64,000 bases of DNA from Tubiluchus corallicola (GCA_030141605.1 JAQGDQ010000418.1:139575-203574), one strand, 5' to 3'; counted from the first letter of the stretch, positions 38,970 through 53,645 are shown. Notes: generated by a model not told the origin, from the sequence alone. Numbers and translations: made by a program.

Positions 38970-39462
38970 ATCACTTGCGTACTGCCTTTTTGTACACAGG
39001 GCTTGCGTCGGCAGTAATGCTGTATAAAACATGTAAATTTAAACTCCCGCGATGACTCTTAGACGCAGTCATTTTGACGACAAGTAATTTGAAACAAGTT
39101 TAGCTAACACTGAGTAAAGTTTGAAAAAATAATCAAAGCGTTCGTAGCGTACACAGTACTAACTAAGTAAAATTTTAAATAAGATGTCAATCTTGTCAAT
39201 AAGATTAAAAATACCTTTTTGGTTAGTGAGTGGCGCACCCTGGAGGTGAGTCAACGACATTTCATCAATTATTGGTGAAAACATTTTAAATAATTAATAA
39301 TTTTCTTTGCTGGTTACGTAAGTCTTTGCAGCAGCTTAGTTATATGCATGAGGAGTTTTTTTGGGTCGCAGTTTAACATTTTCCTTTCTTCCCCCGATTT
39401 ACGTTGTGCGTATATGACGTTATTTTTCTGAAACCTACTTCAGGTACCCTTTTTCTTGTCCT
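38970..39462 (+). mobile_element. Kolobok-like family B copy (an inverted partial copy lies at ~39835-39945)
   Basis: Homology to 18105-18655; ends cttgtcct. Confidence 0.65.
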
Positions 39463-39974
39463 CTAAAGTTTACCCTGTGAACAGGGCTCAGGATTATCCA
39501 GGCCCCTGAAGGTCAACTTTAACTTGCGGGGTGAAAATACTTTAAATACACAAGCGCATATATTTACTTCAAAAAGTTTTAATCCTTTTGCAAACTGCGC
39601 CATTTCTTCTAGACGAAAAGATTTCTCCATCATGAAAGTGGCGATCATTGAATCGGCCGTATCTACGCAAAGCTACTTAGAGAAAGTGAATTTATTTGTG
39701 TGCTTTGGAGATAAAATTTGACAATGGAAGAATTAGCATGGAATCAATGTGACGCAATTTCCTTCGCAGTATTGATTTTAAGAATTGAATGAGGGCTGAT
39801 TTAACGAGGACGAAAATGTAATTTTAATGTACAGTATGTCCCAAAAAAAACTTTCCATACAAAGATATGTAGTTAGCATTACGATAATGTTTGAAAGGCT
39901 TACTTAACTAGGAAACAAAATTCTTAATAATTTGAAATGTTCAAGGTCACCTGATATAAGTATTTAACTCTGCA

Positions 39975-41495
<1,521 letters not shown>

Positions 41496-42074
41496 AGCCA
41501 TAAATAATAATTAATAAAACACTTTACAGCTACACAATCATTCCTAGAGACCATTAAGACGAATCACTGCACTTCAAATTGACTGAGTTATTACACCATC
41601 TCGTTAAATTCACACAAATCATTTTGCAATTTTAATGGAAAAGGCAAAAACATCTTCAAATGACGCTAATTTATTCCGCTAAGCCACCTAGCGAGTTAAA
41701 GTGTGCTGCTGATATGCATACGAATCAAAGGCTAATTTTTCACGGAAAACAGCATGGCTGCTCTGCCCACGGCAAAAAACGAAAATAATAAAACCAAAAA
41801 ATGCATTTTTCTTGCTGAAAGTCATGTGGAAGAATATGTTTTCTAGTTTCAAAAAAATCGGTAATTTGTCTATTCTAATATTTTCTTAGATAATTTTAAT
41901 TTCTCACTAACCTAACGGGATTAATTAATTTTAGAAATTTTGTTAAGGTAATAATAATACAATACCAGCATAGCTATTACAAGTTGTTAAATATGAAATG
42001 TAAATACTGTTAACACTTATAGCCCTGCAAATAGAGGGCGCATGTATATATGTATACGTTTATATGCTCAGAGT

Positions 42075-42200
<126 letters not shown>

Positions 42201-42278
42201 ACACTACAGGTACAGAAAATGCGCAGAAAACAAAAGTTTTCTTAGATACGACGCAAAAACGTGCTGCAGTTAGAGCTA

Positions 42279-42333
42279 TGACGTCACTGGCTTAACTTGT
42301 GACGTCAATTACCGACGCTATTAAAATGGCCGC
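42279..42333 (+). promoter_or_regulatory. Putative proximal promoter: two palindromic CRE sites and a YY1-like motif
   Basis: TGACGTCA at 42279-42286 and 42300-42307; AAAATGGCCGC at 42323-42333, directly upstream of the 434-aa ORF. Confidence 0.55.
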
Positions 42334-42359
42334 TTGACAACAGTCACAAAATTAGCGAG

Positions 42360-43664
42360 ATGAACATTGGCGAAGCAAGAGAAAATTTCAAGGCTGCAAT
42401 GCACAGCAGCGTTGCAGCCGGGCGCAATTTCACTAAAAATGTCCTAGAATGGGCTAGACCTGACATGTCAACGCTGCTTCTAGGAAGCGTGGCCCTTACA
42501 GGAGGATTCTTGGCCGGATATGCAGCCGGAAAACGGTCGGCAAGTCGGGAAAGACACGAAAGTATTGAGAGCGGTCCACGAGTAATTGAAGACTCCAAGC
42601 CTTGCATTGAACCTGAAACTCTTAATGCTAGCGAGAAACCATCAGATGAGGTTAAAGTCTGTGTGGAAGTGAAATGCTTGTCACATCCAAAGCGAGAACA
42701 CCGGTCTTCTGGTGTCAAAGGCGTATCTGGTCTTGTATCAGATGTTTGCTCGTCCATCAGCAAGGACGTCGTACCCACTCCAGAAGATGACGCTGGTTTA
42801 CCAGAAGACAAGACGTTGTTGGAAGTGGAACAGGTCCAGGAGTTGCTCTACAAACAGACTAGTCCATTGCGAGTTAAGTTCTTGTGTCAGTCGGACCAGG
42901 AAGGTCATCCCGGAGACGACAGAGATGGAACACATTTAGGGAAGGACATTAGTTCGACGAACAGCAGAAAGTCGACGCTTGAGGAGTCAGGATCATCGGT
43001 GGAGGCAGAACATTTACTTCCGCCAGAAGGAGATGTTAGTCCACTAAATGTAAAGTGTTCGCCTCTTATGCATGCAGAAAAAAGGAAAATTCAAAGTTTA
43101 CCAGAAGGCGGACTCGAACCCGATGTTAAGTGCTTGACTCAAATGGAACCGTCCCAAGCAGAAACCACAAGCACTTTATCCCATCCGGAGGCTGCATCTT
43201 GCGAATTGAAAAGTGTTGCTGTCGCCGCTGAGAGGATGACGGTCGTTGAGTACAACATCGACTTGCAAGCTCCCGAAAATTCAGACAGCCGTTCACTGGC
43301 AAGCAGCTCCCGGTCGTCCCTGAAGGCCAAACCGGAACCGGAGCAGGAAGAAACGTCCATCAGCTTGACATCCATGTCGGCAGAAGTTGGCAATAAACCG
43401 GAAATTTCTGTACGCGCGCATTCATCTGACACTAGTCAAGGTGCGCGTACGCCCGACGACTGCCAAGAGAGGTCGACAGCGCCGTCACAAAAGAAAGGAA
43501 ATTCGCACAAATTAGTCACGCGTTCTTCCACGAAAGTGCCCACGTGTCAGCAACCATCCTATAGGAGCCCGAGAGGCGGTTTGACCAGGCGTAGTCAGTC
43601 GCAGAACTACCACAAAAACTGCTCGCATGGTTCCAGCCTGGAAGGCAGGCCTAGATGGATTTAA
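42360..43664 (+). CDS. Intronless 434-aa uncharacterised protein: N-terminal Gly-rich TM helix, then a long Ser/Glu-rich disordered region
   Basis: 1305-nt non-repetitive ORF, visibly more GC-rich than its flanks; LLLGSVALTGGFLAGYAAG-KR anchor; promoter motifs upstream; no recognisable domain. Confidence 0.75.
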   Translation: MNIGEARENFKAAMHSSVAAGRNFTKNVLEWARPDMSTLLLGSVALTGGFLAGYAAGKRSASRERHESIESGPRVIEDSKPCIEPETLNASEKPSDEVKVCVEVKCLSHPKREHRSSGVKGVSGLVSDVCSSISKDVVPTPEDDAGLPEDKTLLEVEQVQELLYKQTSPLRVKFLCQSDQEGHPGDDRDGTHLGKDISSTNSRKSTLEESGSSVEAEHLLPPEGDVSPLNVKCSPLMHAEKRKIQSLPEGGLEPDVKCLTQMEPSQAETTSTLSHPEAASCELKSVAVAAERMTVVEYNIDLQAPENSDSRSLASSSRSSLKAKPEPEQEETSISLTSMSAEVGNKPEISVRAHSSDTSQGARTPDDCQERSTAPSQKKGNSHKLVTRSSTKVPTCQQPSYRSPRGGLTRRSQSQNYHKNCSHGSSLEGRPRWI

Positions 43665-43904
43665 TGCATTCCCTTTTCATGAAAACTATTTATATTTAGT
43701 CAGATTGGAAGGATTTTTTTATTTATAATGAAATTCTATGGTGTATTGAATCAACCTGCGTTTTCAAACTATTTTTTTACTTACTCAAATGAACTCAATA
43801 TTTTCTAGAAATACGTATTTGCAGCCTAAAGTTCCAGTTTCCTCAGCTGCTGCAGAAAAACAAAATATTAAGGTAATCTGCTTATATATTATATATTACA
43901 TAAT

Positions 43905-43939
<35 letters not shown>

Positions 43940-44275
43940 GTACACCATATATCTGACTAGGTTAAGAATTTCACACTTTCTCACTCCATTTTGAGCTTGA
44001 GAAGATAAGATTGACAAAGTTCACAGCAAATCCATCAATGCAGTCGCTAGAGCCAACACTTTAGACCATTTGACGAGATCTGCTCCTGATGCCAAAAAAT
44101 CTCAAAAAGTGATTAGCGTCTGTTGCCAAACTGGATTGATGTGGATACTACGAGTCCAATTGTTGTTGCTGTTGTTCGTTGTTGTTGTTGTTGTTGGTGT
44201 TGTTGTTGTTGTTGCTGCTGCTGCTACTGTTGCTGTTGCTGTTGTTATTGTTGTTGTTTGTCGATTGTTTTGATC

Positions 44276-44552
44276 TACAGTTTAAGATTGGACCCGGTAT
44301 TTTTATATAACTATTACGGCGGTTTCAATTTTCGCTTTCACAAACACGTGCAACACGCTCGTGGAATATTTTTGCTGTTGAAAATTATGTTAGTTTGTGA
44401 TGTCATAAATAGTTGGGCTCGCCTGTCGTTAATTGAGATTTTATTTGTTATTTAATTATCAGAAATGCTTTTGCAGTATTAATCGTGTTAAAATGTTAGT
44501 TTTTATCGGAGTTGAAAATGGGGTAGTATGTGAAAAATCGTCTTGTCTTCCT
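44276..44552 (+). mobile_element. Kolobok-like family A, rearranged partial copy
   Basis: Inverted left-terminal piece followed by the right half ending gtcttcct|ttaa. Confidence 0.55.
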
Positions 44553-44957
44553 TTAAGTAAATTTCTCAACTTTGTCCAAGAAATGCTCTTCAATTATTAA
44601 AAGATGGCAGCTAGGTATTCACTAATGATGCTGACCTTGCATTTTCTGGGACGCAGATCCATTCCCAGTATGAGTTCACTTTCTTCCACTGTCGGGAGAT
44701 TAGGGAAAAATGTGGGAGATTAAGGAAAAATCCCAGAACGGGATAGTGGGACACCCCAGCGTTTGGAAAAACAGATGTGACGTTTGGTGAGCTATGAGGA
44801 TGAGATTTAAAACGCCCTGTAGCTACTTGGCTTCCTCTGTGTTGACCAACATTTGTAACTGGAAATCAGAGAATTTCTAGACACGATGAGTCAGACGTAA
44901 CATCAGAGTTATTCAAAACAATGCATGACGACAGAATAAGCATTTTAACGGCTTCGT

Positions 44958-45130
44958 TGCGCGCATGCGCAGTTGCTGCAGGTCAAAGATTAACTGTAAC
45001 ATAGCTACGCGTCTTGATTACAAACGTCAGGTGACATTTGTGTAAAGCAAAGCAATCTGCCGCGTCTGTTCAGTAACATCAATGGACGTTACTTAATTAT
45101 GAATTAGTCTGGGTATACAGTGATTTGCTA
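44958..45130 (+). repeat. Second copy of the NRF1-site-headed dispersed repeat
   Basis: Homology to 11365-11550. Confidence 0.6.
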
Positions 45131-45736
45131 CTGTTGTGTCACAATCCACAATCAATAACAGATACAGTGTGTAAGCTTCTTACACATAGCTAAACTAGAT
45201 ATTGCTGTAGTATAGTCTGTGGGAAAGGCTTCCTACCTATCACCCCTCCCCTCCTTTCATAATATACTATAACCTATCCATGCATAACATGATCTTAGAA
45301 AGTGCATGACACAGATATCCAGGAGAGTACAGTCTAACTGCTGAATCTAAAAGCAGCCAAAATGCTTTAACTTTTAACGTTAACTTTACTTTGCAAAAAA
45401 TGATTAAAATCCCAAACTTGGTTATAAGAGTCTCTGAAGCACTAAACTTGTGCACATCTGCTATTTGACTGATTTAACATCGGTGGTGATATCGAACTAC
45501 TTCAGTTTTGATGTTGTGGATGGCGCTTTATTCACACTGATGAGACGTTGGAGCTCTCTACGATGTGCCTAATTCGTAGAATCAAATATTGCATTAGAAA
45601 AAGTATTAATTACATATAGGATAATATTACAATGCAATAACCAAACAAAAAATTTGATTGCAATTACGTAAATGTGACCTAAAATACCAAAATAAACCAT
45701 GCGCAAATAATGCGATAGTCAAAATAATGAGAAATA

Positions 45737-46058
45737 TTGTTAGTAGAATATTTTCTCCAGAATTCTGGTGATTCGATGAGCAAAATTCATGATTATCGGT
45801 GGAAAATAAAACAAGAATGAAAGAACTTCCAGTCGTCCAGTCAGAACTGCCAGACTTCCTGGCAACCGGAAGTAAAAATGTTTGCCTAATTAATGCACTA
45901 ATTAGTGCAAATAGGGAAGATAATTTACAACTAAATATTGCTGTCAGGATGGGAGAAAATAATCACAATTTTACATGGTCTCAAATTATTTCACTTTGAG
46001 AAAAATGAATTTTGCTCAGCCAAGCACCCGAATTCTGCAATAAACGTTCAACTAACAA
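45737..46058. mobile_element. MITE with ~70-bp imperfect terminal inverted repeats
   Basis: ttgttagtagaatatt..cagaattctggtg..gagcaaaattcat against atgaattttgctc..cacccgaattctg..ttcaactaacaa. Confidence 0.7.
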
Positions 46059-46394
46059 GCCGCGTCTTTGTAACATCTCTTATCAGTAAAATCACACTTA
46101 ATTGTGATTGAATAATTAGTCAGCAGGTACTTAATTCAGTTCAATTAAATTTGCATTACAATAAAGGAGTTTTATAGCGTCTTGTAATTAAAATAATTAG
46201 CATCTTCAATCAAATCTTCAATATTGTTATAAATTACTTTCAAAGAAAATCGATTTTATTTGATCAAGGAGGGCAGATTGTTTTGGGGAACTTCACCATT
46301 CTATTACGTTGTTGCTTGCTGATGCATCCAACGCACTTATCTTTCCATCTGCTTGCTAACCTGCCTGCCAGCCCATCTGCCTGACTGACTGTCA

Positions 46395-46668
46395 ATCAAT
46401 CAGTCAGTCAGTAAGTCAGTGAGTCAGTGAGTCAGTGAGTCAGTCAGTCAGTCAGTCAGTCAGTCAGTCAGTCAGTCAGTCAGTCAGTCAGTCAGTCAGT
46501 CAGTCAGTCAGTCAGTCAGTCAGTCAGTCAGTCAGTCAGTCAGTCAGTCAGTCAGTCAGTCAGTCAGTCAGTCAGTCAGTCAGTCAGTCAGTTAGTTTAT
46601 CAAACACTCAGTCAGTGTATCTCTCTCCTCTCTCTTTCTCTTTGTCTCTCTCTCCCCTCTCCCCTACC

Positions 46669-46716
<48 letters not shown>

Positions 46717-46717
46717 A

Positions 46718-46772
<55 letters not shown>
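46395..46772. repeat. (CAGT)n, (CT)n and (TA)n compound microsatellite
   Basis: Direct inspection. Confidence 0.95.
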
Positions 46773-47164
46773 TCTCACTGAAACTTATAAGCATTCTATC
46801 ATCGATTTAGTTACCACGTCTGTCATGGGGATAGTAAAATTAATGACGTCACGTGCAATTCGTGTCACCGTCACACAATATAACACTGCTTTCATCAAGT
46901 AAGTTTTATTTGAAACTCTGGCACAAATTGGAAAGCTTTTAACTTTCGCTTTGTAAAACCGCTGACCACTGTGGGAATATATTATTCTGTAATTTCTAAG
47001 ACTGTTTCTACATTTCATGCGTGAAATAAAAAATATATTTGATCTCAGCATCTTTTAATAGGCAAAACGTTACAGCAGCAAGCTGCGAAGCTGGGAGGCG
47101 TACACTTTTTTCAAATACTCTCACGCGAAAATTTTTTGTGGATTTTATGTTTCATTGGGAGAAT

Positions 47165-47337
47165 TGTAGTGTAGCATGGTGTAGTGTAGTGTAGTGTAGT
47201 GTAGTGTAGTGTAGTGTAGTGTAGTGTAGTGTAGCGTAGCGTAGCATAGCGTAGCGTAGCGTAGCGTAGCGTAGTGTAGTGTAGTGTAGTGTAGTGTAGT
47301 GTAGTGTAGTGTAGTGTAGTGTAGTGTAGAGTAGTGT
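47165..47337. repeat. (GTAGT/GTAGC)n pentamer microsatellite
   Basis: Direct inspection. Confidence 0.95.
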
Positions 47338-48190
47338 ATACATTGCATCGCATACAATGTCATTATGCAACATACTATAACACATAGAAGTACACAAGTA
47401 AGACATAAGTTGTAAGATACATTAAAACAATGAAAACGAATCATTCACGTGTTAATAAAAATAGTCTTTAAAACCAACGAATCAAATCATTACTTTAGTT
47501 AAAATTTTTTTTTTCTTATTTCTAAAATTAAGTGGCAGGTTTTTGCATATTCGTTTAGACAAAATTAGACATCTCCTTACACTATTGCAAATGATTGAAA
47601 TGATTAAAATTGTAGATTTTTCTTCTTCCTCCTCCTCTTTTTCTTCTAACTTACTTACATGGTTTCTCCAGCTTTGTAACTATTCTGCTTCCTCGGGCAC
47701 CTTATTTTTCATTCTCTATTTTCATCCTCTTGTCGGCTCCCCTTTTTTGTGTAAATTTTTAGCAGAAAATGCTAAAGCATTTGCAACGTGTTAACAAACT
47801 CGTTCTTTTGCAGTAGGTGAGCTCAAGGCTTTAGTTTGTTGTTGAGGGGTTTTTCAAGTGGTCTGATAGTGAACTGGTCGTGCGGATTGCTCGAAATCAC
47901 TAATGCGTTGTATAATAAGCCTTTTCACAGTTTCAGCGATTGATGATGATCGTGGAAAGGCAAAATGTTTTTTATCTCTCATCACATTCTTTCCCTTCTC
48001 ACCCGCTGCCTCAATCTTCCCCTTTCTCCATCTCCCTCGCAGCTTCATCTAGTTTCACTCCCTCTCCCTCCTTCCGCCAGTCCTCCCCCACTCTTCTCTC
48101 TCTCTCTCTATCTCTCGCTCTCTCTCTCCCATTGTCTGTCTATCTGTCTCTCTTTCACTCTCTTTTTCTCTCTCTCACTCTCTCTCTCCC

Positions 48191-48226
<36 letters not shown>

Positions 48227-48359
48227 CCATCACCCACCTTTCTTCTCTCTCCTCCTCTCTCTCCTTCTCTCTCTCTCTCTCTCACTCTCTCTCTCTCTCT
48301 CTCTCTGTCTCTCCTCTTTACAGACAATATTTACTGGAACATTTTTTCCATTACCTTCG

Positions 48360-48760
48360 TAACAAAAGAAGACGCTATTTGATTGTTTTGTTTAATTTGT
48401 TTGTTTGTAGTTTTTTCTTTGTTTATTTCCACATAGAATGATAAGAGGGATTTACATTTTATGCAGATCTTTCCGTTTCTGTCAGAACATCTGAAGTATC
48501 ATTTTTTCGTCTGGTTTGTGTGAACAAAAGAAGATATTATTGGATTTTTTTGTTTAAATTGTTGTTTGTTTGTACGTGTGTTTGTCTGTTTGTTTGTTTG
48601 CACTTAGAATGATAAAACTTATTTACAGTTTATGTAGATCTGTCCATCACTGTCAGAACATCTGAAGTATCATTTCTTCGTCTCTTTTGTGTGAACAAAA
48701 GAAGACATTATCATATTGTTTTGTTTAATTTGTTGTTATTTGTTTGTTTCCACATAGACA
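48360..48760. repeat. ~165-bp tandem duplication (2.5 units)
   Basis: Repeated aacaaaagaagac...ctgtcagaacatctgaagtatcattt. Confidence 0.8.
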
Positions 48761-49404
48761 TTATTTACATCGTCTGTCTTGTCTGGCACTGTAAATTTTT
48801 TTTTAACTTTTTATCCTATTTTTTGATTCTTGTGTCCACAGTGTCCATGGCAAAACTGTCTGCATCAGCAGGACTACAGTGACCACTGAACTCAAGCCAC
48901 CGTATCTGTTCTGTCTGTATAATTATTTACTGTCCAACGATCCAGACGACTATTGGATTAAATCGCATTACCGTGATCACTGACCAGGTCAGTTGCTTGC
49001 AATATGGGCGTCTAAAGGGAATTGTATGTGAAGCCATTAGAGTCTAATTAGTGTAATAATTATACCCACCACTATTTCAGCACGTCACGAGATGCAGAAC
49101 AACTGCTTGTAAATTGAGATCTTCCTTCGGGCTTCTTCTCTACGGAACATTGCCGGGAAACCGTCAGTTCAAGGAGCTGGTTACTCAATTGTCTTTTCTG
49201 TAGCATCGTGGATAACCACTAGATTGGTTTGAGGCTTGAAAATTTCTCTATTTAAAGGAAAAGAAAACACCATGTTAAAAAATTCATCTTAAAAATTAGA
49301 TGGTATCATATTGTAAACAGAGCTTGCGTTAGCAGTAACGCAGTTGGTGCAAACATTTGAAATTACTGTCAATTTTCGTTTTCAGTTACATAAGTCATTC
49401 AAAC

Positions 49405-50012
49405 AGTCAAACAGTTCCTTAATGCATATAGGATTTCTATTAGCAGTAACGCTGCACAAAACTTGTAAACTTGAACTCCAGCGATGACCATTAGGAGCAA
49501 CCATTCATGGTCAGTCTTTAAAACATGTTTAAGTAAAACTGCGTAAACTTTGATTGGAAAAATTATCAGAGCATTCATAGCACACACGTCACAAACTAAA
49601 ATTTAAAATTACTGTATCTCGTCAATAAGATTAAAAATCCCTTTTTTGCTTAGTGAGTGGCGCACCCTGTAGGGTGAGTCAGCGACATTTTACCAAATGG
49701 TGAAAACATTTTTAAATAATTAATAATTTTCTTTTCTAGTTACGGAAGACTTTCAAGCAGGTAAGCGAAATGCTAAATAATATAACTTTGGAAGGAAAGT
49801 TTTTTGGGACATAATTTAATATTTCCTTTACGTTGTGCGTATATGACGTCATGTAATGGCGCGGCCGGAACAGTATTGCGGGAGATTTAAAATGGAAACA
49901 AACAGAAATTCTTTTAATGCGAGAACGATATACGCATAAAATTGTTATAAAGTCATATAATTTTCAAGACGATATTTTTCAAACCTACTTTAGGAATCCG
50001 TTGTCTTGTCCT
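49405..50012 (+). mobile_element. Kolobok-like family B copy
   Basis: Homology to 18105-18655; ends cttgtcct|ttaa. Confidence 0.65.
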
Positions 50013-50283
50013 TTAAGTGAAGAAATATTAGCAGCACGCAAGAAACGTTGCGCGTCTTGTAATCATAAGATTTCATCCGCTTTTTTAATAAGGAAAGATG
50101 AACTGAAAGCAGGACGCACTTTGCAGAATTGAATCTCCCCCCCCCCCCCGTATTGTGAATGAGTCTTGTGAATGTGCTGCATGAATCAATCCATTTCAGA
50201 AACGTAGAAATCAGTTTTCATTCGTCAGAAAACATTTCCCACGACGCAAAGATTCTCGGCCGCCATTTATTTTTATTAATTTA

Positions 50284-50576
50284 AATAGAAAACGAGACGT
50301 CTAACAACTGAGTTATGCCTAGATTTATTAGTCTGCAGATTAATAGACTAGCTGTGTGTGAGGCTGCCTAGCTGACCGATCAATGCTTGACTGCTTAACT
50401 AACTGACTAAGAAATTAAATGAATGAATAAGATAGAAAAACGAGACGTCTAACAACTGAATTATGTCTAGATTTATTTTTCTGCAGATTAATAGACTAGT
50501 TGTGTATGAGGCTGCCTAGCTGACCGATGGATGCTTGGCTGTTTAACTAGCTGACTAGTGAACTAAATGAATGAAC
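50284..50576. repeat. ~147-bp direct tandem duplication
   Basis: tagaaaa(a)cgagacgtctaacaactga...ctgcagattaatagactag... twice. Confidence 0.8.
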
Positions 50577-50804
50577 AGTTGGTTTATAAACGGTATGACA
50601 GAATGCTTGACTGACTTGCTGCTTGGTTAGTTAGCTGGCTGATTTACTGGCTGGCTGACTGACTGACTGACTGACTGTCTAAGTGACTGACTGACTGACT
50701 GACTGACTGACTGACTGACTGACTGACTGACTGACTGACTGACTGACTGACTGAATGACTCACTGACTCACTGACTCACTGACTCACTGACTCACTGACT
50801 GACT

Positions 50805-52406
50805 GATTTAGATTTAGATTTAGATTTAGATTTAATATTTTATTTCAAACTTCACAAAGTTCATATACACATCACAAATTAATACAAATAATACAATAAA
50901 TCATGAAACACAACAATAACACAAATAAAAATTAACGATATAACAAACTACGCCAATGACATCTAATTACAGAAGTAAAGTTTGCATCACTGTTTAAAAT
51001 GTTCTTGCACATAAAATTTTCACTGTTATACAGCCTGACGTATAAACTGTATGCTAATTTTCTGTGAATAACATCAAAATAAATAAGATTAAGTCTAGTA
51101 GAAATATATCTAGCGCTCGTATCATATGAAAAGTTAAACAGCTTCCGTGTTGATACATTATATGCAACCTTGAGTTTGCTAAGATTGTAAGAATAAAAAT
51201 GTCTCCAAGTGGACATACAATAAAAAGTAGTGCAGTAAGCATTAAACAATTGTCTCTTCACGTTAACTGAACAGTGAGTAAATTTCATGAGTAATTTATT
51301 TGCTCTACCATAGTAAATTGAACATTGTCGTAACATACGTAAATCATTTCTATTGTCATCTGATAAAATATGACCCAAATATTTTTCTTTTTTACTAGGT
51401 ACAAAACTTTTACACTGCCAAACAACAGACCCAAAAGTAAACTGCTGCATGTGGGCGGAGCGAAACGTGACAAGTTTAGTCTTATTCACATTTACAAGGA
51501 TATCATATTCTTCAGCAAATTTATTAAACATATCTAGCAGTCTCTGCAAAGCCGTCGAGGTTGTTGCTAAAAGACATATGTCATCAGCGTACATCAAGTG
51601 ATTAATGAAGGCTTCAGCAATATGACAACCCACACCAGAGTTAGTAAGTGCAGCACTAAGATTTTTAAAATAGAAGTTTAATAACAGTGGGGACATTTTT
51701 CCACCTTGACAAATTCCGTTACCTGCTGCAAAATTATCAGAGTTTAATTTACCCCATCTAACCAACATAGATGTTCCGTATAATAAAAAGGCAAAAGTCT
51801 AATTACTACATTTGGTAGGTTAGTATTGACAAGGTTTATATATAGGCCTATAGGTGTTTTTGTCTGTAATATTATCCCCACTTTTGTCTTTAACGAGAGG
51901 TGTACTACCACAGATAACATTAACGAATGAGGCAAGTAACCGTGTGTTACACAGGACGTGAATAGCAGCGCCAACATGTTTGGCAGCAAATGGGATGAAA
52001 TACGGAAATGTTCACCTTTAAGTCCGTCTGGACCAGCTGATTTATGTAAGGAAAGCCTATCAATTGCCTCTTGCACTTCAAAAACTGTAAATGCATTAAT
52101 GGGCGTTACACTATGGCTCAGAACATGTTTTGTACGCGCGTTAAGACCTTTATTGTCAACTGAATTTAACAAATTTTTATAATGATTAGCCCACATTACA
52201 CAAATGTCCTTTTCGCCATTTGACTCACCAACTTGTGGAGAAAGAGGAAGTTTAGAATTAGTTTCTTTTTTAATAGATGCCCAAAATTCATAAGCGTTAC
52301 AATGCATAAGTTTATAAGTCAACTTATCAGCAATAATACGTTTCTCATTGCGTTTGCACTCACGCAATGCCCGTTTAAACAATGCTCGAGAACGGCGCAT
52401 TTCATT
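50805..52406 (-). mobile_element. 5'-truncated, frameshifted non-LTR retrotransposon (RTE-X-like RT) with a (TAAATC)n tail
   Basis: ORFs 51744-52400 and 50932-51768 carry KSAGPDG, GICQGGKMSPLLLN, HLMYADD and KYLG; internal deletion of the early RT motifs; AATAAA plus hexamer tail; (GACT)n on both sides. Confidence 0.9.
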
Positions 52407-52408
52407 AG

Positions 52409-52537
52409 CTGACTGACTGACTGACTGACTGACTGACTGACTGACTGACTGACTGACTGACTGACTGACTGACTGACTGACTGACTGACTGACTGACTGA
52501 CTGACTGACTGACTGACTGACTGACTGACTGACTGAG
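52409..52537. repeat. (GACT)n microsatellite (its other half lies at ~50655-50805)
   Basis: Direct inspection. Confidence 0.95.
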
Positions 52538-53519
52538 TGATTAACTGATGGACTACACATTAACTAGTCAACCAACAAAAAAGAAACAGATAATTAGCTG
52601 CTCTACTGGGCGACTGACTGACTAATTGACCCACCAGAAATTATTTAAGCTTTTATTTTCTAGATTTAAACACCTGCCAAGACGCCATAAATGCATAAAA
52701 TATTTTAAGCAAACAGGCCAAGCGGGAAATGGCTTCAGACAACAAAATTTCCAAAAATCCCACTGCAGAACTTATGAATGAGAAATGTATTATACTAAAA
52801 GCAATAAACACTGGGCACAAACCCGTATTTAGAGAAAGAAGCCAGTCTACAATGAAACCATACAAAGTAAACTTTCATGGTGGAAACATTAGAGGAGACC
52901 ACACAATGGGAATCAGTGCAAAAAAGATTTTCCTTCCCCTTTCAAGGTGACCCCTCCTCTAGTGTCGCCAATAAGTCTTTCATAAGCTTCTGGCATCTGC
53001 GGAGTTTGACTCTTGTAATGCAATTACGGAGATGTTATTAGTCACCCAACACTTCATAAATGACGCCGCTAGATGGCGCGAATGAATTTTTCCCTCGGTA
53101 ATTATTGCCAACCGGATATCCGTAGCGGGTTTTTCACTTTGCAAATGGCAGTAAAACTTCGTTTTGTGTCCCATTACATATTTTTGTACATCGCCTGGGT
53201 GGTCGTTTCGTTTTGAAAATACAACTTTGGGTTATGACATTTTAATTTTTGAAAATTTAAGCGTTCTTTTACGATTCTGTTGACAGATTTCCTTGCATAA
53301 GCGCCATCTGCAGTGTCAGTTAAGTATCAATAAAAACGAAGTTTGTTATTTGTTTTTTTTGACAGATTGGTTGCTCCAAGTGTTGCAGTGCTGTTTAAAT
53401 AGTTTATCTGTTTGAGATTAGGCGGTTTTTAAAACTGACGTACAAATCCACGCCGTGCAAGTGTTTGTACAGGTAGAAGTGCAGAAATATGTGATACAGA
53501 CACAAATAAAATGAAATAG

Positions 53520-53550
<31 letters not shown>

Positions 53551-53589
53551 CAGTCAGACAAACAAAGAGAGAGAGAAAGAGTGAACAAG

Positions 53590-53645
<56 letters not shown>

